Shown here: one piece after another, positions 47,541 through 55,334 of the stretch
Position numbering within the stretch: position 1 is the first letter of the stretch
Layout: every line of letters starts with the position of its first letter
From: a candidate division Kazan bacterium RIFCSPHIGHO2_01_FULL_44_14
GTDB taxonomy: Bacteria; Patescibacteriota; Kazan-3B-28
Length of the DNA: 56,217 nucleotides
NCBI GenBank assembly: GCA_001771185.1
Contig: METB01000001.1
Location: forward strand, 252,631-308,847
Direction: 5' to 3'
Translations under genes and position numbers: made by a program
The notes under the pieces: model-generated
Told to the model about the DNA's origin: nothing
Database searches by the model: none
What the model saw: only the letters and a program-made list of their open reading frames with translations

Positions 47541-48509
47541 TTACATCAGATGCGGTGGCCAGTTTGGTTCGACTTCTGGCACGACTGGTTTGGACGAGTC
47601 CTTGGAAATCACCTGGTCGAAATAGTCCTGAATCGCCTGTCCCACCAAAGCAATTTGCTGTTTGATTTCGGCTACCTGATTAAGATTCTGTTGAACATCT
47701 TCGTCGGTTCCCAGCGAATCGTCCGGGACAGGCAACTTGGCATCTTCAGTGGCATCTATTTCATCTTCGGTCTCACCCAACTTTTTCAGAGTTTCCCGAC
47801 GAAGTTCATTCATTTCTTGAACTGATTCTTTCCGCCATTCCCGTAACCGAGCCCGAAGCGGAATTTGGTTCATGACACTCCCCTCAATCTCATTCATCCG
47901 CTCTTCGCGCTTATCCATCACCTCACCCAGATGTTCAATGATATTTTGAAAAACCTCTTTTTGAGCGTCGGTCGTAGCACCAGCCAATTTCTCTTCAAAT
48001 TTGGTCTGGACGGTGTTAACCCGTTCGATGCTTTGGGCTACTCGCTCAACTGCATTTTGTTTGCGTTGTTCGAATCTGGCCTTCATTTCATCTGACCATT
48101 GGCTTGGGTCAATCGTCTGCATGGCTTTGAGTTCAGCCAATCGTTCCTCACTAAACTTAGCCAATAAACCGGCCTTGGATTCTGGGGTCCGAGTAATTTT
48201 TTCCTGAATTCGCTCCACCCATTGATCAATGGGGTAAAGCGTGTCACCCGGCTTGGCTGTATTAGCCCAAGCGGCAGTTCCACCACCTAGGGCAATGATG
48301 GTGGCAATAATTAATGGGATAAGTGGCATAGCAAATCTCCTTTGGTTAAATGTATTACTTGCCTGACGAGTACCAGTCCGCTCTGGAAGCATATTTATTA
48401 CACTCATCAGGTTATTTTTGATTTCCGACTTATCTGAAGAGGATAACTGAACCCGACTCCCTGCTTGGCGGATTAGTTCTTCTAGCTGTTTGTCGGTGTG
48501 GTTAGACAT
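47541..48509 (-). CDS. DUF5667-domain membrane protein (putative anti-sigma), copy B
   Basis: TM, then AKPGDTLYPIDQWVERIQ...AKFSEERLAEL. Confidence 0.8.
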   Translation of the reverse strand: MSNHTDKQLEELIRQAGSRVQLSSSDKSEIKNNLMSVINMLPERTGTRQASNTFNQRRFAMPLIPLIIATIIALGGGTAAWANTAKPGDTLYPIDQWVERIQEKITRTPESKAGLLAKFSEERLAELKAMQTIDPSQWSDEMKARFEQRKQNAVERVAQSIERVNTVQTKFEEKLAGATTDAQKEVFQNIIEHLGEVMDKREERMNEIEGSVMNQIPLRARLREWRKESVQEMNELRRETLKKLGETEDEIDATEDAKLPVPDDSLGTDEDVQQNLNQVAEIKQQIALVGQAIQDYFDQVISKDSSKPVVPEVEPNWPPHLM

Positions 48510-48842
48510 AGGGGCCAGTTAATAGTTAAAAGTGAATGGTGAATAGTTATAGAAAGGATTGGAGATGGGGGTCAGTTAAAGGTGAATGGTCCTCCTCCGT
48601 TCTGCTGTCCGCCAGCTGGCGGAAGCAGAACTACGGAAGGATCTGCGATGAATAGTTGGGTAAAAAGAGTTCGTCATGCTGAATTTAGTTCAGCATCCCT
48701 GCCTACCGGCAGGCAGGTAGATCCTGAAACAAGTTCAGGATGACGAGCGGGGAGAGATCCTTCGGCTCCGCTCAGGATGACAAGGGATGGGCTTGGGATG
48801 ACAGATATAGGTGGGCAAAAACGATAGACACATCTGTCATTT
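48510..48842. repeat. Composite repeat region between sigma B and DUF5667 B
   Basis: gttaata/gtgaatg heptads; CCTCCT-hairpin-CTACGGAAGG element (48591-48652); cctgcctaccggcaggcagg (48698-48717) nested in a GTCAT REP. Confidence 0.85.
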
Positions 48843-49379
48843 TTAATTTTTAATTTGTAATTGCTGTTTTAGCTTATCTAATCCCCTTTTAACGATAACT
48901 CGAAGGTGATTTTCGGTTTTGCCGGTAATTTGAGCGATTTCAGAATAATCTAGTTCTTCGACAAATTTCAGCTTGAGAACGGTCTGATAAAGTTCGGGGA
49001 GTTGATCGATATTATCGATTACTCGAGTCACCTCATCATTCGTTTCCACCTCTGCCTCTACATCCGTGCCACCAGAGCGATTTATTACAGCGTCTAAGGA
49101 GACGGTCGGGCGATGGCGCCGGTAGTGGTCAATCAGGTTATATCTGGCAATCGCAAATATCCAGGTCTTGAATGGTCGATTGGGGTCATACCGATGCAAA
49201 CTTTGCCAGGCCTCCAACCAGACCTGACTTAAAATATCCTTAGCCGAGTCGTTATCGCGTAACCGAAAGGCCAAAAACCGATAGATGCTATCTGATAATT
49301 CATCAAATAATTGACCGAATGCACCGCTATCGCCTTCTTTGGCCGCCAAAGCTAATTGATTAATTTCTTGATTTGTCAT
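48843..49379 (-). CDS. ECF RNA polymerase sigma factor, copy B
   Basis: AFGQLFD, FKTWIFAIARYNLIDHYR, LPELYQTVLKLKF; the likely start is ATG 49379 (the track extension reads through repeats). Confidence 0.93.
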   Translation of the reverse strand: MTNQEINQLALAAKEGDSGAFGQLFDELSDSIYRFLAFRLRDNDSAKDILSQVWLEAWQSLHRYDPNRPFKTWIFAIARYNLIDHYRRHRPTVSLDAVINRSGGTDVEAEVETNDEVTRVIDNIDQLPELYQTVLKLKFVEELDYSEIAQITGKTENHLRVIVKRGLDKLKQQLQIKN

Positions 49380-49399
49380 CCCGTTAAAAATAAGAGTTT

Positions 49400-49637
49400 T
49401 GATGAGTAACGAGTATTGAGTTGCGAGTAGCGAGTGTATTGAGTCGAAGGACCATCTGTCATCCTGGTAATTCTGCCGTACGGCAGAAGCATCCAGAATC
49501 TTATATACGATTCTGGGCACCTGCCCGAAGATGCTACATCATTGCAGGCGGGAGCCAGAATGACGACGGATATGGTGGGTTAAGCCAGAACACGACTCCG
49601 TTTTAATTGGTTAGATTGGTGAGATTGAATAGATTGG
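49400..49637. repeat. Composite repeat region between mnmA and sigma B
   Basis: Heptad arm at 49400-49443; GTCAT REP at ~49460-49502, a near-identical inverted copy of ~15357-15399; gattggtt repeats. Confidence 0.8.
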
Positions 49638-51011
49638 TTAGATTATCTTTTTTATTATTCCCCCTCCGAGACAGACAGAACCATCATACAGTACCAGGGA
49701 TTGGCCTGGAGTCAAGGCACGAACTGGAGCATCGAAGATGAAGGAGTAGCGAGTCGCGAGTAACGAGTTGTGAGTGACGAGTTGCGAGTGATGAGTTGCG
49801 AGTGATGAGTTGCGAGAGGGAGATTGTTTCGGTGTGTTTTTTTGTCTGGATCCCGGCTCGGAGGCCGGAATGACGATAGTTTCACCGTTCGCAACTCGCG
49901 ACTCGTTACTCGCGACTTCTTCTATTACCAGCTGACCCGAATAAACTTCGGGGCCATAACGGGGCTTGGCGGTAAGTAAGTAACGAGTTACGAGTGACGA
50001 GTGACGAGTTGAATGCTTTTCACCCGCAACTCGCGACTCGCGACTCGCGACCTTCTCTATTAGGTGTAGGTTCTTCAAAACCACCCCTTGACCGTAAGTA
50101 GCAGAATCCGGACCGACCACGACCAGATTTTTCTTAATATCAGTCGATATCACATAAAGCGGGTCGGTTTGCCCTGATAAACCAGCCACCCGCCTCTGGC
50201 CGATAGTATAAAACCAGGCCCCTTCATGTTCACCAACCACTTTACCCTCTAGGTTGACAATTTTGCCTTTTTTCTGTGTAATAACGGTTTTTAAGAACTT
50301 TTTAACATCAATTGGTCCGATAAAACAAATTCCCTGACTGTCTTTTTTGGTGGCAGTCGGTAATTTAAACTGTTTAGCCAACGCCCTAACCCGCTTTTTT
50401 GGGTATTGGCCAATCGGGAATAGGGTTTTAGACAACTGGGCTTGGGTCAAATTGTAAAGAAAATAGGTCTGGTCTTTGATGGGGTCTGCTCCTTTTAGGA
50501 GCAAATGACGAGTGACGAGTGACGAGTGACGAGTAAGGGAAGAGTTAGTTTTTCCACTCGCGACTCGCGACTCATGACTCGCAACTCGTTGCGCATAATG
50601 TCCGGTGGCAATAAAGTCGGCTCCTAGAGCCATGGCTCGTTTTAAAAACAGACCAAATTTAATTTCTTTGTTGCACATCACATCTGGATTGGGCGTTCGA
50701 CCGGCTTTGTATTCAGCAAAAAAGTAATCCAGTACCTGCTTTTTGTATTCCTTTTCGAAATTAAAGGTGTAATAAGGGATATCAAGTTGCTGACAAACCG
50801 CTCGCATATCGGCAAAGTCCTGTTCGACAGAGCAATATTCTGTCCTAGTGTAGATAAGATCGCTCCAGCCCGCAGAGCTACGCTCAGCGTTGCTGGCGGG
50901 CCAGTTCTTCATAAAGACCCCAACCACTTTAAAACCCTGCTGTTTCAGCAGAGCGGCAGCCACAGAGGAGTCGACTCCCCCACTCATAGCGACAAAGACA
51001 GTTGGCGTCAT
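49638..51011 (-). CDS. mnmA: tRNA 2-thiouridylase MnmA carrying four in-frame repeat-derived insertions
   Basis: SGGVDS, PNPDVMCN, ATGHYA, KDQTYFL, KKDSQGICF, FYTIGQR and TPGQ are all intact. Confidence 0.96.
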   Translation of the reverse strand: MTPTVFVAMSGGVDSSVAAALLKQQGFKVVGVFMKNWPASNAERSSAGWSDLIYTRTEYCSVEQDFADMRAVCQQLDIPYYTFNFEKEYKKQVLDYFFAEYKAGRTPNPDVMCNKEIKFGLFLKRAMALGADFIATGHYAQRVASHESRVASGKTNSSLTRHSSLVTRHLLLKGADPIKDQTYFLYNLTQAQLSKTLFPIGQYPKKRVRALAKQFKLPTATKKDSQGICFIGPIDVKKFLKTVITQKKGKIVNLEGKVVGEHEGAWFYTIGQRRVAGLSGQTDPLYVISTDIKKNLVVVGPDSATYGQGVVLKNLHLIEKVASRESRVAGEKHSTRHSSLVTRYLLTAKPRYGPEVYSGQLVIEEVASNESRVANGETIVIPASEPGSRQKNTPKQSPSRNSSLATHHSQLVTHNSLLATRYSFIFDAPVRALTPGQSLVLYDGSVCLGGGIIKKII

Positions 51012-51260
51012 AACGAATTAAAAATTAAAAATTGATAAATTAAAAATGGAGAATGGGACTGTAAAATAGAGAAGTTAATAGTTAAAAGTGATAAGTCCTC
51101 CTCCGTCCCGGTTCGCCGGGACTACGGAAGGATCCTCGATGAAAAGTTATAGTTGTCATTCCGAGTGACACCGAGTGTAGCCGAGGGGAATCGAGGAATC
51201 TAGCTCGTCAGCTAACGGACGGCTATGCCTAGATCCTTCGACTCCGCTCAGGATGACAGG
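51012..51260. repeat. Composite repeat region upstream of mnmA
   Basis: aaattaa heptads; 83-bp segment 51121-51203 matches 53447-53529 (3 mismatches). Confidence 0.8.
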
Positions 51261-51595
51261 ATAAGGGGAAAGCCGAACGAGGACAGCGGGGAAGAAAAAG
51301 GGTGGCCGGGAAATCCCAAGCCACCCCGTGTAAATCAATCGTCTCCAATACCAACAGTCATAAAGCGTTCTCCTTGAAGGCGGGATTGAGCAAAAAAGTA
51401 CAAACAGCCGGAAACGCGGCTAGATACTGGATCACCTCCTTTGAGCCATATTGACTCTAAAAAGAATACGATGATCTGGCACCACGCCACCTCCTTTGTA
51501 AAACATCACGGTTTTATTATAGCAGGACAAAAAACGAGAGCTCCATTCTGGGGAACCCCCTGCTTTTACAGCTAACCATCACTTCTTCTTAAAAA

Positions 51596-52120
51596 TCAGA
51601 ATTTCCACCAAGATTTCTTCTTGGGTTGGCTAGGTGGAAACAGCAGTAAAGTTAGGTGGTCAATTTCGCGTTTGAGTGTCCCCTTCAGGTCTTCGCGCAT
51701 CTCTCTCCTTAAGGAGTGGATTTCTGAACCTAAGGAGTTGAGCGCCATCAGCAGCCGCTCTTTGTATTCCTCGTCCATAGGAGAAACAACCTGTTGGATT
51801 GGAGTCGCAGTCCCCTCTTGCTGAACAGTAGCAACAGAGGTGGACGAAGTGGCAGAAAAGCCCTTATTACTTAACATGTGTTTAATGCCGGATTGGGTAA
51901 AAAGCCGGGACTCCATTAATCCCTTAACTCGTTCCATCACCTGGACATCCTCTACCGTGAAAGTCCGATGGTTGTATCTATTCCGGTAGTTAGAAAGAAA
52001 TTCCGAGAATCCCCTCTCCCAATTACGAACCGTCCCCTCACTGACATTCAAATATTTAGAGACCTCGGACAAAGAGTAAGTTTGTTGCGTTTCAGTTTGT
52101 AAGTTATCCACAGCTTCCAT
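51596..52120 (-). CDS. MerR-like HTH / coiled-coil protein (RacA-like architecture) with a C-terminal KKKSWWKF motif
   Basis: YSLSEVSKYLNVSEGTVRNWE...RNRYNHRTFTVEDVQVMERVK; coiled coil LNSLGSEIHSLRREMRE. Confidence 0.85.
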   Translation of the reverse strand: MEAVDNLQTETQQTYSLSEVSKYLNVSEGTVRNWERGFSEFLSNYRNRYNHRTFTVEDVQVMERVKGLMESRLFTQSGIKHMLSNKGFSATSSTSVATVQQEGTATPIQQVVSPMDEEYKERLLMALNSLGSEIHSLRREMREDLKGTLKREIDHLTLLLFPPSQPKKKSWWKF

Positions 52121-52172
52121 CGATTTTTGACTAAATTTTATGGTGTAATAATAAATGGGGATAAGTCCCGGG

Positions 52173-52681
52173 ACCTACAACATAGTTGTAGGTATGAAGT
52201 TAGTTGTGAGAGCGAGTAATCGCTCCGCGCCTACAACGGTCTTTCAACCGAAGCAAAGAAAAAGATCACGATGGCTAAAATTGTTGCGAGGGTTAACATA
52301 GTGTTGTAGGGTACCTACAACACTATTGTAGGCGACCTACAACATAGTTGCAACCCCCAACATTTTTGGTTGCAACATAGTTGTGCTGTTTATTCGCATA
52401 TGTATAGTTATATAATATAGTAAAGCATTTTTTAGAGGCACAACCCTACAACACCCTTGTAGGCATTTTCCCATAGACCTACAACGCCATGTAAAGTGAC
52501 CTACAACACTCTGCAAAGTCGTCTTCATTGACTTACCACCTTGTTTTGTGGTGTAATATTTTTACACCTATGGAGGCATATTGGGGATAACTTATATTTC
52601 AAGCCACCTACAACACTGTTGTAGGTATGAAGTTAGTTGTGAGAGCATAAAAATCGTTCGCGCCTACAACACTGTTGTAGG
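52173..52681. repeat. Array of CCTACAAC-N3-GTTGTAGG palindromes and half-sites
   Basis: 9 CCTACAAC and 4 GTTGTAGG exact copies plus 2 one-mismatch half-sites in ~510 bp. Confidence 0.9.
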
Positions 52682-52779
52682 TTGTCGCAACGTTGTAACA
52701 AGTGATTACAAATATTTTAATACTATTTGTCAATGTTTGGTAAAAACTTGTCAAGGGCACTTATCCCCAATTTTTCAAT

Positions 52780-52810
52780 AAAAAAATACCCTGCCGAGAA
52801 GCGGCAGGGT
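52780..52810 (-). terminator. Intrinsic terminator (minus strand)
   Basis: Minus strand ACCCTGCCG-CTTCT-CGGCAGGGT-ATTTTTT. Confidence 0.65.
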
Positions 52811-53389
52811 GTGGCTAAAAAGGAAGCACTACAAAGAGCAAAAAAGTGGGGGAGTCAGAGAAGCGGGGTTTAAATTAAAGAGAGGTGTTGATGTCAATAG
52901 CAATTTCCCCAATAAAACAAACCTCAACTCCCCCTTTACAATGTGGCCATAACCCAAACGGGTGCCACGGACGAACGCTATCAATCCCGACTCTCCCGAC
53001 AGGGAGGGCCGAAGATTGTCAAGAGAAAGTGCCCCTCGATCCTGCTGGACAGCAGGACTCGGGGTAACACAGAGAAAAGGGGACCGGGCAAGAAATCCTA
53101 GGTCGGAGGAACGCATAACCACTTGCCCAGGTCCCGGAGGGGAGAAACCTCCAATAGGATTGGGAATCTTGCTTTCCGAGAGGTTACTTCGGAAAACATC
53201 CAAAAGATGAGGAAGAGACGAAAATGCCCCCCAAAAGTGTCATTTCGTCTCAACAAGGAAGTATTTGGTCGTCACTCTACAGGATGTAGAACGACTTATT
53301 GATCTAATTTTTAATGGACAGGGGAGTAAATGGGCTCCACACAGTTAGTGTAATAGAGGCAGGGGAGAGTGTCTAGAGGGGGATGGGGA

Positions 53390-53945
53390 AAGTTAATAGT
53401 TAAAAGTCCTCCTTCGTTCTGCTGTCCGCCAGCTGGCGGAAGCAGAACTACGGAAGGATCTGCGATGAAAAGTTATAGTTGTCATTCCGAGTGACCCCGA
53501 GTGTAGCCGAGGGGAATCGAGGAATCTAGTCCCGGCTAGCCGGGACGGCTCCGCCTAGATCCTTCGACTCGCTTCGCTCACTCAGGATGACAAAAAGAAG
53601 GGCTGGATCAGGATGACAAAAAGGAGGACTTACTTAAGATGACAGAATAAAAGAATACCAATGGAGATTAAAGTCACAACCAACAATTTATCTGCCACCC
53701 AAACGCTGGGGGAGACCTCCTTTGTTCTGCTGTCCGCCAGCTGGCGGAAGCAGAATTACGAAAGGATCTGCGATGAAAAGTTGGGGGTTGGGAATTGGGG
53801 ATGGTCAGTGAACAGTTAAAGGTTAAAAGCCACTTAAAAGAGTTCCGTCATGCTGAATTTACGATGTCCCGAGTTTACCGAGGGGATTCAGCATCTATCT
53901 TACTTATCGAGCCATGGATTCTGAAACGAGTTCAGGATGACCAGA
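53390..53945. repeat. Large REP cluster
   Basis: Two CCTCCT-hairpin-CTACGG elements (53408-53469, 53716-53777) and several GTCAT/ATGAC palindromes. Confidence 0.85.
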
Positions 53946-54050
53946 CAAGGAGGGGACCTGAACAATCATGAATCCTGAAATCCTTTGGTAAACTCGAGAC
54001 ATCATTTCCAGGTAGGAAATACTGAGAACCAGAATTGTTATACTGTCAGT

Positions 54051-54551
54051 ATGGATACCGAACAAAGCCAATACCTTCACGAAGTAGTAATCACTGCCAT
54101 TGTGGCAAAAGATGGCAAGTATCTAATTACCAGAAGAGCCCCCACTAAACGAAGATTTCCTGGTATGTGGACTGTACCGGGTGGCCGGTTAGAAACCGGG
54201 GATTATTTGGTTATGCCAAAAGAGACCGAGTTTTATTGGTATAATGTGCTCGAACGAGCTTTAAAACGCGAGGTTAAAGAAGAAGTCGGGATTGATATAG
54301 ATCACATCGAGTATGTAACGAGTTTAGCAACAGTCCATGCTGATGGTTCGCCATCTCTGGTTATCTCCTGTGTTGCTGATTACGCCAGTGGTGAAGTCAG
54401 GTTACAGGAAGGGGAGACCGACCAATTTACTTGGGTATCACTCGAGGAAGCCAAAAACTACCAACTGATTGATGGTATTTACGATGAACTAGCCATGGCT
54501 GAACATCACCGCCAAGGAATTCGAACAGAGTGGCAGAGAAGTGCGGTTTAA
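54051..54551 (+). CDS. NUDIX hydrolase
   Basis: PGGRLE...LERALKREVKEEVGI (Nudix box with an insertion); likely start ATG 54051. Confidence 0.9.
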   Translation: MDTEQSQYLHEVVITAIVAKDGKYLITRRAPTKRRFPGMWTVPGGRLETGDYLVMPKETEFYWYNVLERALKREVKEEVGIDIDHIEYVTSLATVHADGSPSLVISCVADYASGEVRLQEGETDQFTWVSLEEAKNYQLIDGIYDELAMAEHHRQGIRTEWQRSAV

Positions 54552-55093
54552 CTACTGGCTAATTCTGGAAACCAGAGTGCAATTTCTCGTTCGGCCTCAA
54601 CGACTGATTCGGAGGCATGAATGAGATTTTCCAATGCCCGACCTTCACCGTTAGCTTTAGCGTAAGAGTCGATGCCATGATCGCCCCGGATAGTCCCTCT
54701 TTCGGCGTATTCAGGACTAGTAGCCCCGACTATGTCTCTAATTTTCTGGATGGTTCCCTCCGGTCCTTCGATAATCATCGCGATTACTGGACCAGACACC
54801 AGGAAAATCGCCATCCATTGTCTAATCTGTTTGCCAACCACTACTGGGTCATTAGATCCAAAGACCTTATTTATGTCTAGTCCTTGCTTTTGATAACTGG
54901 CAACTGTCTTACTACCAACGCTGGCATACCACTCATCAGAGTCGGCATAATGCTTTAACGCCAGATCTCTATCCACTTGCATTTCTTTTTTGGCGGTAAT
55001 ATTCAGCCCAGCATCAATAAAATATTGAATGACCCGATTGGCCACTCCACGCTTAAGCCCGTCCGGTTTAATCATTACAAAGGATCTTTCCAT
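54548..55093 (-). CDS. ndk: Nucleoside-diphosphate kinase (long form)
   Basis: ERSFVMIKPDG, GTIRGD, NLIHASES. Confidence 0.95.
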   Translation of the reverse strand: MERSFVMIKPDGLKRGVANRVIQYFIDAGLNITAKKEMQVDRDLALKHYADSDEWYASVGSKTVASYQKQGLDINKVFGSNDPVVVGKQIRQWMAIFLVSGPVIAMIIEGPEGTIQKIRDIVGATSPEYAERGTIRGDHGIDSYAKANGEGRALENLIHASESVVEAEREIALWFPELASS

Positions 55094-55115
55094 AGCATCT
55101 CCTTCTGTCGACAGT

Positions 55116-55272
55116 TATAAGTTATAAGCTAAAAGTGATAAGTTATGGTATCCCGGCAAGTAATTTTTAATGATGAATTTTGAATTTTGAGTGAATGACC
55201 TAATATCTTAATTTTGAAACATTCAGTCACTCAGATTTGATTCGAAATTCGAAATTAGAAATTAGAAATTGG
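55116..55272 (-). repeat. AT-rich heptad repeats between the M16 peptidase gene and ndk
   Basis: Minus strand AATTTCT AATTTCT AATTTCG AATTTCG; AAAATTC AAAATTC; CTTATAA CTTATAA. Confidence 0.75.
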
Positions 55273-55334
55273 GTGGTTAGCGACTCTTCTCTGGTGACCA
55301 TTGGCTAGCAGTCATCCCTCTAACCCCTAAAATA

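Noticed and set aside
49638-51011. mnmA as a pseudogene or intein-containing gene
   Set aside because: The frame and catalytic motifs are intact, and the inserts are 11-57 aa with no intein splice residues.
52173-52681. CRISPR array
   Set aside because: The repeats are 8-bp half-sites or 19-bp palindromes with irregular spacing and no unique constant-length spacers; there is no cas1 or effector gene nearby.
52900-53251. RNase P RNA (GAGAAAGTGCC, ACAGAGAA look-alikes) and the 124-aa ORF 52829..53203
   Set aside because: No downstream P4 complement or CR-V; the ORF has the Ser/Pro/Gly/Leu composition typical of reading through structured DNA, with no motif.
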